Below are positions 52,514 to 64,000 of a stretch of 64,000 bases of DNA, in pieces. Under the pieces are notes generated by a model. It did no database searches. It saw only the letters and a list, made by a program, of their open reading frames with translations, and had not been told where the DNA came from. A program made the position numbers and the translations under genes. Origin of the DNA: the human T2T-CHM13v2.0 reference genome, Homo sapiens; the NCBI RefSeq assembly GCF_009914755.1, contig NC_060925.1. One strand, written 5' to 3'. The first letter of the stretch is position 1, and the number at the start of each line of letters is the position of its first letter.

Positions 52514-53213
52514 GTTGAATGAAGTTTATTTGGGTAAATTTCTGTGTAGTAGAATGTTAAAGTACTAAATAAAATTTGTTTTCTTGTTGATTTGTATCAG
52601 GAAAGTGCCAGGTAATTGTTGGTGCTACCCTACCCTTTGTTTTTTCCATTCTTACATGGTAAAATTCCATTCTTAAACTGTCAACATTGGATTGAAATTC
52701 AAGAGATAGTTTTATTTTGTGGATTTATGAGTAGAAGCTCAGTTGAGCTTGTACTTATACTTGCAAGCCTTATTCTTACAAGATATCTCTCCTCAAAACT
52801 AAAGCTATGGTGTATGTGTACCTCATGTGAGACTTGGAGACAACATAATCTGGTTTTGACTTTAAGTGAAAAACAAGCAAAATTAGAGTACTTTGGGGCA
52901 TAGTGTGCTTTTGGCCACTGGCCTGGCATGTAGTAGGTGGCTCAGGATGATTACCTTGGATAATCAGTAGTGGGCAAAATGGCTTTCAGTAGTAGTGGCA
53001 TTGGTTATTTACCACTCCCCTTCTGATTCAGAATATTTATAATTTGTTATTCTGCCTTTGGGTGTTGGTATTATTGACAGATATATTTATTCACTGGATT
53101 CATTGACCTTGGTAATCTATAGGCTGTTTTGCAGTTATTTAGCTAAATTTTAATGTATGGTCTAAAAGTGCCCAGCAAGAGTTTATGTGGCCAATCATTC
53201 TCTTCCTCTTTAG

Positions 53214-53313
53214 AAACCTGTTTTCACACCACTGAGGAGGCCAGGCATGCTTGTACCAAAGCAGAATGTTTCACCTCCAGATATGTCAGCTTTGTCTTTA
53301 AAAGGTGATCAAG
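53214..53313 (+). CDS. MAEL: MAEL exon 3 (100 nt; KPVFTPLRRPGMLVPKQNVSPPDMSALSLKGDQ linker)
   Basis: Acceptor cttcctctttag|AAA, donor CAAG|GTAGAG; frame continues into exon 4. Confidence 0.93.
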
Positions 53314-53626
53314 GTAGAGTAATCCTGAAATATTTTGCTGAGATAAATTTGAGTGCCCAAAACACTATATTTGTCAGTAAAAATATTTTCTGTTCATTTT
53401 GATCCTCCGTTTCAAAGTAAATAACTGCAAGTGTTAAATATTGTGGTACTGACATTATAAAAGATTAGGTAATTTGTTGAAATAAAATAGGAGAGTGGTT
53501 TTTTTTTTAACAAAAATCTGTTCTCTGTTTCTACCACTTTATATGTTGTTAAACATAGGTATTTTTTAGACTTGTTTATAATTGGACACTTAAATATACT
53601 TAAGTTAAAAACAAAAGTAAACAGGT

Positions 53627-53850
53627 GGAAGAACGTTTTCAGATCTGTTCTACAGTGTGATGACTACGTTAATGTATGTTTCAAAATTGGTAAGAGTAGG
53701 TTTTACATATTCACACCACAAAAAGTGAGGTGATGGATATGTTAATGAGCTTGATTTAATCATTCCACAATGTATACATGTATCAAAACTACATTGTACC
53801 TCATAAATATGTATATAATTATTATTTGTCAATTAAGAATAAAATATTTA
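53627..53850 (+). mobile_element. L1MA/L1MB 3' end (MAEL intron 3)
   Basis: GTGAGGTGATGGATATGTTAAT...CATTCCACAATGTATACAT...GTCAATTAAGAATAAAA. Confidence 0.8.
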
Positions 53851-54521
53851 AAAATCCTGGGTGGTGGAGGGGGCTTATAAAGATACAAATGAATTATGGA
53901 ACTTGCCAAGAAGAGAACATAGTTAATAAGGGTTGTTGCTATTCCTTCTGGCTGTTTTTATTGTGTTCTGCCTTTGTTGAACACTGGTAAACTTTTAACA
54001 GTCTTAAATGTGTCCAGTCTTGGTAAATAACACTTCACACATTCTCACATTCCTTTATTCCTTTAGAGGATTTATAGGTGGTTTTATATATATTGGTAAA
54101 AAGTGAAAAAAGAATGAACTGAATTGTTCATAGTTTATATTACAATCTTTCTACATTGATTCTGCTCAGCTTCGTTTCCCAGACCTATATATTTGTTGAA
54201 TATGGGTCACTGCTCTGTGTCATTCCTGAGATTCAGGGCTTATCTATGGCCGAATTATGTAGAGCTGGCTGCAAGTTGGAATAATTTTGTTGCTTCATGC
54301 AAAGAGTGGTTACTTTAATCCTTGATAATTGTAATTATAAGAATTTTGATTTCTTTATTTGGTACGGCTGATTGGTTTTCTCTTTTCCAGCTCATTTAGG
54401 AATATAGGAACAGAAAGAAAATTGTTCTAAAACATTTTTTCCCTTCAACTAAAGAGGCTTTTGTGGAAGAGGTAAATTTGAGACATTCATTTATTCATTT
54501 TATCTTACAATTTTTTTTTAG

Positions 54522-54677
54522 CTCTCCTTGGAGGCATTTTTTATTTTTTGAACATTTTTAGCCATGGCGAGCTACCTCCTCATTGTGAACAGCGCTTCCT
54601 CCCTTGTGAAATTGGCTGTGTTAAGTATTCTCTCCAAGAAGGTATTATGGCAGATTTCCACAGTTTTATAAATCCTG
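54522..54677 (+). CDS. MAEL: MAEL exon 4 (156 nt; ALLGGIFYFLNIFSHGELPPHCEQRFLPCEIGCVKYSLQEGIMADFHSFINP; start of MAEL domain)
   Basis: Acceptor tttttttag|CTC, donor CCTG|GTAAGT; recognisable MAEL-domain peptide. Confidence 0.96.
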
Positions 54678-55863
54678 GTAAGTAGTCAGAGTAGATGCTA
54701 GATCTTAAACGTGTATGGTTTTTTTTTTTAAATCTTGACTTTATTTGATAATAGTACTTTTTCTTACAAGCTCATGTACAGCTGTGTTCTTAATGTAACA
54801 AGACTTCATAATGCTTATTGAAAAACTGTTAGGAATTAGGTGTTGACAAAGGGTTTTTTGGTTTAGGCTTTTAACCTCAAGTTACCATTAAAATCAGATG
54901 GATAGACTATCTGAACAATTCATAGCCTGCTATTCACCTACCTATGGCCTTACATCTTGGGATTTTCTAAAAGCCGTGTATGCCATGATCTTTTCTTTTT
55001 CTACCTCATCCTTCACCTCAGTGGTGACTAGCTTTTTAAGCTGCTATTGCTTTGTAGCCTTGAAGAAATTACTTAACCCCTCTGAACCTATTAGCTCATC
55101 TGTAAAGTGGGGATAATATCTATTGGAGGATTGTTCTAAGGAATAGATGACAAATATGGAAATAGCCTAATACTTAATCAGCTCTCAGATATTATCAGCA
55201 TCTCTTCCTACTGTTCCATCCCATTAAAAAGCAAGGTAGGTATGAAGACATAGGATTTGATACCCTTGAAGGTAAGTAGGAAAAATATATAGGGAGAAGA
55301 GATTGGGGACATGACTTCATTTTTAGTTTTGTCAATTATCAATTACTTTAAAATTAATTAGGACATCCCAGCACTTTTTCCTCATTTTTAGATGACAGAA
55401 AAGCTAATCATCCTACTCACACTTGTGAGTGTTGCTACTTAGGACAAGTCAAAGAGCTGCTTTTCCCCACATGGGTTGTAAAATATTAAAAAGATAGAAT
55501 TTGGGGACTGTTTTTCCTCTGAGAAACGCATATACACCTTGCTGTATCAATGCCCTTATGACCCCCTGAGGCCCATTCATGGACGTGGAGCTAAGACTCT
55601 TTTGACACATGCTTTCTTTATCTAGCATTTCTTTCTCTGTAAGGAGTAACTTACTTTTAAAAGTAGCTTAGACAATATACCAAATTCTTTAACAGTTTTC
55701 ATACCTTTGGTTAAAAATAAACCCTATAAAAGTTTAATCTTTTGTATTTTCATGTAATAAAAATTACCTTTCTGTGTGATAACTTGGTCATCTTGTAGAG
55801 TATTACTGTAGCACTAGAGAACTTTAAAATTTTTGCTTCTCAACAAGATATTTTGTATTATAG

Positions 55864-55905
55864 GTGAAATTCCACGAGGATTTCGATTTCATTGTCAGGC
55901 TGCAA
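55864..55905 (+). CDS. MAEL: MAEL exon 5 (42 nt; GEIPRGFRFHCQAA)
   Basis: Acceptor tattatag|GTG, donor GCAA|GTAAGT; in frame with exon 4. Confidence 0.93.
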
Positions 55906-56497
55906 GTAAGTATAAAGGAATGGGGTAGGATTTGTGACTTGAATCTATTCATACCTGGTTAGACTTATTCCTTTTACACACAAACTATAAAATAAGAGGA
56001 AAATAACTTTAGGTTATTGTTAGAGAATCTGCATAGATGTGATAGATGGTGTCTGTGATCTTTAAATTTTTTATAGACTGATAGTATACTGTCCCTTTTC
56101 TTTTCAGGGAATTGTTTTATTTTCTGTATATATCCTTTGACCTCAAGGTTGGCTGTTCTTAGTGGCTGGGTACTTAGGAAAACCTTTTAAGAGGTCTCAG
56201 ATTATCTAGATTTAGGACTGTTTTCAGGGACATCCATTTCAATTGTGTTTTATAAGTTAATACTTCAAAAATAAAACGAGTTCTGAATTTTTTAGATAAG
56301 GAAAACAGTTTTCTAAGTATTTTGCAACCAAAGGGCATGACTGTGTATATCTAAGCCCTTGAACTAAACCCTTTTTCTGGGAATTAGGTTTTAAGTGATT
56401 TTCTGCTTAAATAGAATGAAAATCGGAATAGGTTTATTTTTAAATGTATATTAAAAGTGTCAGTGCATAGGGACTATTTAATGATTCCTGTCTGTAA

Positions 56498-56806
<309 letters not shown>

Positions 56807-57077
56807 GTAATTTTTTTTTTTTTTTTTTTTTTGCTTAGAAACGTGGACAGCTAGCCTCTAGAAGTGTTTGAAATTAAAAATAAGTTTTTCAAATCTGCCA
56901 CAACCAGCAGCTATAATACTTACAACACTGTTCTTTATAAATGAACATATTTTGGACTTATATTTGGTTGTATATTTTGAATTCTTAATATGTACTAATT
57001 CTTTATTTGTTTGACTGGAATCAGGGCTGTAGGCTATGGAATAAGAAATGTAAGGGAGAATTGTTCTAGTAGTTCCT

Positions 57078-57374
57078 TTTTTGTTTTTTTTTGGAGACAG
57101 ATTTATGCTCTTGTTACCCAGGCTGGAGTGTAATGGCACGATCTAGGCTCACTGCAACCTCCGCCTCCTGGGTTCAAGCAATTCTCCTGCCTCGCCTCCC
57201 AAGTAGCTGGGATTACAGGCATGCACCACCACACCCGGCTACTTTTGTATTTTTTGTAGAGCGGGGGTTTCTCCATGTTGATCAGGCTGGTCTCAAAACT
57301 CCTGACCTCAGGTGATCTGCCTGCCTCAGGCTCTCAAAGTGCTGGGATTACAGGCGTGAGCCACCGTGCTTGGC
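57078..57374 (-). mobile_element. AluS-like (MAEL intron 5, antisense)
   Basis: Reverse-complement Alu; TSD AGTAGTTCCTT. Confidence 0.92.
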
Positions 57375-58543
57375 AGTAGTTCCTTCTTATATAGCTTTGA
57401 ATGGAAAGTAATTACAATATGGAAGAAAAATTCTGTACTTGCTTTAAAGTGTGAACATAGCTAATATCCCCAACTGTTACATCATCTGAGGTTATTGAAC
57501 TAGATGGCAGTTAAAAAAAAAAAATAAAAAAAAAATGGAAACTTAGCCGGTGAATTAATTTTCAAGTTTTACTTAGACTCTGTTTCAGGTTTATTCATCT
57601 GTTAAATGCATTGGAATCCCTACTATGTGCCAGACATTCATTTCTGAGACTGTCACTGGCTTACTGTTCCTTTGCTATTTTGATTCTGTTAAATCCTTCT
57701 TAAAAATCTATTTTTGACGACCTATTTTTACAACCTTTTCAAATTAATCAGATTAACAGAAAGCATGGTTCTTTAAAAAAATCTATTAAAGATTCTAGAA
57801 ATGTTTTCTTAATTTATTATTCAACCTAGTCAAAACTGAGTACAATGTTTCTCATTCCAGGAAACTTAAAATGTTTGGAGCTTACCAATTTGAGTGTGTC
57901 TTAAATTGCCAATTTGATAATCCCGGGAAATGTGCCAATTAAATAAGATAAAAATGACTATTAGAGTCACACCTGTCACCATAATAACTAAAAATGCCTA
58001 TGCTAATGTAATTGAGCTGATTTGGAGGAGACCATGTTTTGTATAGTAACACACTGGAACAAATTTACATGTGGATGTGAAGAATTTGAGTGGTATTTAA
58101 GGAACATGCATATGGATCTCTCAAATACTCCTGTGCTGTCTGATCTTTTATGAACTATGAGTGAGAGTATAGGAGGTCCTGGTGCTTCTCCTTCCCCACT
58201 TTAACCAGATGAGCTCTGCTTCTCTCCAATTTACTGGTTAATGATTTTTCTTGAGAGAAATTCTGCTTTAAAACATCAAAATTTTGAAAATTGCTTTCAG
58301 CTTCCTATACAAAAGGTCCATCAGCTTTTCAAAGGAAGCTTCTACACACAGAACAGATTATAACATTTATTTAAGGTATAACGAACATTAATAAAAAAGC
58401 ACCCACAAGTCAACTGAAAAAATAGCACATTTCCAGTGCCATTGAAAGTCCCTGTATCTCTCCCTGATGGCATTCCCTTCCCTCTTTATGAGAAAATTAC
58501 GATTCTGAATTTTGCGTTTGAATTTTGTGTATTTCTTTTCTGA

Positions 58544-59162
<619 letters not shown>

Positions 59163-59367
59163 ATATATATATTTCCTTTCCTGTGTTTTTTAACTCAATA
59201 TCTTTCACTCGTTTTCTATTGAATCATTTGTTTTTCTTACTGATTTGAGGAAGTTTATCTTATCTGCTGATGGATTTTTAAAAATTGTGTGCAGATACCT
59301 GTTTTCAGTTTGTGTCTTGTATTTTTTACTCTCTTTATGGTGTCTTTTAATGAACAGACTTTTTAAA

Positions 59368-59540
59368 CATTTTTTGATTTTTAGAGATGGGGTCTTGCTT
59401 TATTGCCCAGGCTGGAGCATGATGGCTGTTCACAGATGCAGTCGTAGCTCACTGCAGCCTTGAATTCCTGGGCTTAAGTGATCCTCCTGCCTCACTCTCC
59501 TGAGTAGCTGGAACTTGAGGCATGCACAACTGTGCCAGCT
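59368..59540 (-). mobile_element. Alu monomer (FRAM/AluJ right arm)
   Basis: Single diverged Alu arm. Confidence 0.8.
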
Positions 59541-60522
59541 TGTTTTTATTTTTAATTTGGTAAATGTGTCGATATTTTTTATCATTTATGGCGTTTTGTG
59601 TCTTATTCAAGAATTCTTTACCCCAAGGTTGTGAAAATAATCTCTATTTCTAAAAATTATAGAGCTTTATTTTTTGTATTCAAGTTGTTATTCTACCTGG
59701 AATTGACTTGTGTATAGTATGAGGGAGAGATTCACTTTAATTTTTAACCATGTGGATAATCATTTATCACAGCATCATTTATTGAATAATCAATTTGTAC
59801 CCCAATATGTAGTGCCACCTGTATCATATCATGTTTCTGTTTGTGTGTAGGAGGATCTTTTGTTCTCTTTATTCTGTTCTGTTCTACTTTTTTGCTGTCA
59901 ATATCATATTCTTAAACACAGTAGTTTGATGATATAGATAAGCCCCCGACCTCATTCTTTTGGAATATCATGGCTGCTTTGACCCTTTGTTCTTCCATAC
60001 ACTATTTAGAATCAGTTCTTCATGTTTTACATTAGGTCATTTTGGAGAAAACTGGTATCTTCATTATATTGAATCTTTATATTTGTAAACATGGGGCTTC
60101 CCTCTTATTTTTTAGATCCGTAATATCTTTCAATAAAATTTTATAATTTTCTCCATTAACAATCTGAATATCATTTGTTAAATTTATAGTTTATCATGCC
60201 TTTTGTTGCTGTTACAAATGATATCCCTTGAAATTATATTTTCTAATTGTTTACTTTTATATTTTGGTTTTGTCCCACCCATTGGTAAACTCTTGAGTTT
60301 TTAGCAGATTACTTAATCATATCTGTTAAATCACTTTGTTCTTTCTAATCTACATATCTTCATTTAAAATTTTTAAAATTTGCTTTGTCTTAGTATGCTG
60401 ACCAGTACCTCTAGTTTCTAGTGTTTCGCCAGTGAGTATGCTATTTGCTGTAGTTTCTTCTTTCTCTCCCCACCCCCGTTTTTGGTGTGTGCTCTTTATC
60501 AGGATAAAGATGTTTCCCTCTA

Positions 60523-63500
60523 CATGCACACCTTGTTTTATTGCATTTCACTTTATTGCACTTTGCATATATTGCATTTTTTTACACATTGAGGTTTCTG
60601 GCAGCCCTGCATTGAGCAAGTCTATTGGCATCATTTTTCCAGTGGCATGTGCTTACTTTTCTCTGTGTCACATTTTGGTAATTCTCGCAATATTTCAAAC
60701 TTTGTCATTATCATCATGTTTGCTATGGTGATCTGTGATCAGTGATCCTTGATGTTACTATTGTAATTGTTTTGGAGTGTCATGAACCATGCCCATATAA
60801 GATGGCAAATTTAATTAATAAATGTTGTATGTGTTCTGACTGCTCCCCTGACTGGCCATTGCCTCATCTCTTTCCCTTTCCTTGGGCCTCACTATTCCCT
60901 AAGACACAACAATATTGAAATTAGGTCAATTAATAACCCTACAATGGCCTCTCAGTGTTCAAGTGAAAGGAAGGGTTGCATGTCTCTCACTTTAAATCAA
61001 AAGCTAGAAATGATTCAGCTTAGTGAGGAATGCATATCAAAAGCTGCAGTAGGCCAAAAACTAGGCTTCTTGTGCCAAATGACCAAGTTGTGAATGCAAA
61101 GGGAATGTTCTTGAAGGAAATTTATGTACTACTCCAGTGAACAACCAATGATAAGAAAGTGAAACAGCCCCATTGCTGATATGAAGAAAGTTTTAGTGGT
61201 CAGAATAGATCAACATTCTCCAGTTACCACATTCCCTTAAGCTGAAGCCTAATACAAAACAAAGCCTTAACTCTCTTCAATTCTGTGAAAGCCGAGAGAG
61301 GTGAGGAAGCTGCAGAATAAAAGTCTGAAGTTTGCAGAGTTTGGTTCATGAGGTTTAAGGAAAGAAGCCATCTCTATAACATAAAAGTGCAAAGTGAAGG
61401 AGCAAGTGCTGACGTAGACGCTGCAGCAAGTCATTCAGAGGATCTAGCAAAGATAACTGATCAAGGTGGCTACAGCAAATGGCAGATTTTCAACGAAAAT
61501 GAAACCACCTTCTGTTGGAAGAAGACACCATCTGGGAGTTTCATAGCTAGAGAGGATAAGTCAGTGCCTGGCTTCACAGGACAGACTGATTCTCTTGTTA
61601 GTGACTAATGCAGCTGGTGACTTTAAGTTGAAGCCAGGGCTCATTTACCCATTCTGAAAATCTTAGAGCTCTTAGGAAATTATGCTAAATTGACTCTGCT
61701 TGTGCTAGTAAAAATGGAACAACAAAGCCTAGAAGACAGCACATCTGCTTATTGCATGGTTTACTGAATATTTTAAGAACACTGTTGAAATCTGCTGCTC
61801 AGAAAAAAAAAAAGATTCCTTTCAAAATTTTACTGCTCATTGACATTAGACCTAGTCATCCAAGAGCTCTGGTGGAGATGTAAAGAGATTAATGTTTTCA
61901 TGCCTGCTACCACAATATTCATTCTGTAGCCCATGGATCAAGGAGTAATTTCAACTTTCAAGTCTTATTATTTAAGAAATATGTTTTATAAGGCTATAGC
62001 TGTCATAAATGGTGATTCTTCTTATGAATCTAAGCAAAGTAAATGGAAAACCTGAAAAGGATTCACCATTCTAGATGCCATTAAGAACATACATAATTCA
62101 TTGGAGGAGGTCAGAATATCAACATTAAAGGTTGTTTGCAAGGATTAGATTCCAGCTCTCATGAATGACTTTGAGCAGTTCAAGACTTCAGTGGAAGAAG
62201 TAATAGAAGAGAACTAGAATTAGAAATGGAACCTGAAAATGTGCTGCAGTCTCACAATAAAACTTGAATGGGTAAGGAGTTGCTTCTTATGGGTGAGAAA
62301 ATAAACTAGTTGCTTGAGATGGAACCTACTCCTAGTGAAGATGCTGTGAACACTGGTGAAATGACAAAGGACTAAGAATATTTCATAAACTTGGTAAAGT
62401 AGCAGCAGGGTTTGAAAGGATTGACTTAAATTTCAAAAGAAGTTCTGTGAGTAAAATGTTATCAAACAGTATCACATGCTACAGAGAAATTCTTCATGAG
62501 AGGAAGAGTCAGTCAGTGTGTCAAACTTCATTGTTTGATTTTAAGAAATTGCCACAGCAACTGCAGGCTTCAGCAACCATGACCCTGATAGTCAGCAGCC
62601 AGTAACATCAAGACAGGATCTTCCACCAGCATGGGAATGTAAACTAGTACAACCACTATGGGAAAAAATATGTGGAAATTCCTTAATGAACTAAAAGTAG
62701 AACTACCATTTGAAAATTCTAACAATCCCACTACTGGATATCTACCCAGAGGAAAAGAAGTCATACGAAAAGGATAACTTGCACACACATGTTTATAACA
62801 GCACAATTTGCAATTGCAAAAATGTGGAACCAGCCCAAATGCCCATCAATCAACAAGTGAATAAGGAAACTGTAGTATATATATGTGTGTATATATATGA
62901 TGGAATACTACTCAGCCATAAAAAGGAATGAGTTGATGGCATTCGCAGCAACCTGGATGGGATTGGAGACTGTTATTCCAAGTGAAGCAACTCAGGAATG
63001 GAAAACCAAACACATGTTCTCACTCATAAATGGGAGCTGAGCTATAAGGATGCAAAGGCATAAGAATGACACAAGGGACTTTGGGGACTTGGGGGCAGAA
63101 GGGTGGGAAGGAGGTGAGGGATAAAAGACTACAAATTGGGTTCGGTGTATACTACTCGGGTGATGGGTCCACCAAAATCTCACAAGTCACCACTAAAGAA
63201 CTTACTCGTGTGACCAAATACCACCTGTTCCCCAAAAACCTACGGAAATAAAAACATTTTTTAAAAAAGATCTTTCGCCAGCAAAAAGATTGTTAAGTCA
63301 CTGAAGACTCAGGTGATCATTCGTATTTTTAGCAATAAAATATTTTTATATTAAGGTATGTTCATTTTTAAAACAATGCTACTGCACACTTAATATAGTC
63401 ATAACTTTAGAGTACATAACATTTATATGCACTGGGAAACCAAAATATTTGTGTGACACTTTATTTCAATACTTGCTTTAGTGTGGCAGTCTGGAACTGA

Positions 63501-63527
63501 ACCCACAGCATCTCCAAGATATGTTTA
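60523..63527 (+). mobile_element. Full-length degenerate Tigger1 (pogo-like DNA transposon) in MAEL intron 5
   Basis: TA-flanked ends resembling the Tigger1 TIRs. Transposase start [10 protein letters not shown] at 60944; ORF 61348..61608 ([21 protein letters not shown]) is a Tigger1 transposase fragment; multiple stops and frameshifts. Confidence 0.92.
62632..63268 (+). mobile_element. 5'-truncated L1PB-type 3' end inserted into Tigger1
   Basis: L1 ORF2 C-terminus plus L1PB-type 3'UTR; AATAAA 63247-63252; 15-bp TSD GATCTTCCACCAGCA (62617-62631) / GATCTTTCGCCAGCA (63269-63283). Confidence 0.9.
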
Positions 63528-63630
63528 TATTCCCTATCTGGCTAGGGAGATAGCAGTTGCACATTTTAATGAATGCTTTTTCTGCATGTCATATGATTTT
63601 TATCTTTTGTTCATGTGGCCATTAATTTAC

Positions 63631-63915
63631 TTTTTGAGACAGAGTCTCACTCCATCACCCAGGCTAGAGTGCAGTGGCATGATCTCAGCTTGCTATAGCC
63701 TCTGCCTACCAGGCTCAAGTGATTCTCGTGCCTCAGCCTCCTGAGTAGCTGGAATTATAGGTGCACGTCACACGCCCAGCTAATTTTTGTATTTTTATTA
63801 GAGACAAGGTTTTGCCATGTTGGCCAGGCCCATCTCAAACTCCTGATCTCAAGTGGTCTGCCCACCTTAGCCTCCCAAAGTGCTGGGATTACAGGCGTGA
63901 GCCACTGTGCCGGCC
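63631..63915 (-). mobile_element. Alu (antisense to MAEL)
   Basis: Reverse-complement Alu; TCATGTGG on both flanks. Confidence 0.92.
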
Positions 63916-64000
63916 TCATGTGGTACTTTACTAGTGTTAAACGAACCTTGTCTTCCAGGAACAAACCCAGTGTGGTCACTATATATTTTACATATAATAT

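Noticed and set aside
61348-61608. Transposase-like ORF as a functional TIGD-type gene
   Set aside because: Fragment of a Tigger1 copy with multiple stops, frameshifts and an L1 insertion.

Overview
Mammalian (human-like) genomic DNA that I recognise as the ILDR2/MAEL head-to-head locus (from memory, human chr1q24.1). The minus strand carries ILDR2 (angulin-3) coding exons 1-4 (37101-37056, 19935-19603, 18686-18567, 1401-1345); the gene continues off the left end. The plus strand carries MAEL (maelstrom, piRNA pathway) coding exons 1-5 (51189-51320, 51573-51665, 53214-53313, 54522-54677, 55864-55905); it continues off the right end. There are three CpG islands: the ILDR2 promoter, the MAEL promoter and an orphan island in ILDR2 intron 3. 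The rest is intronic or intergenic DNA rich in Alu, L1, L2, MIR, MaLR LTR and DNA-transposon remnants, including a full-length Tigger1 interrupted by an L1PB 3' end. Most entries in the ORF track are spurious. The best leads are: (1) a frame-preserving, stop-free 144-nt candidate cassette exon in ILDR2 intron 1 that would split the signal peptide; (2) a candidate MAEL first exon driven from the ILDR2 CpG island that would give HMG-truncated MAEL; (3) a 226-bp, 99%-identical non-repeat duplication carrying tandem 5' splice sites; (4) an RFX/CRE-bearing orphan CpG island; (5) an in-frame uORF separated from the ILDR2 ORF by a single UGA-C. Repeat family names are from memory of consensus sequences, and repeat boundaries are approximate.
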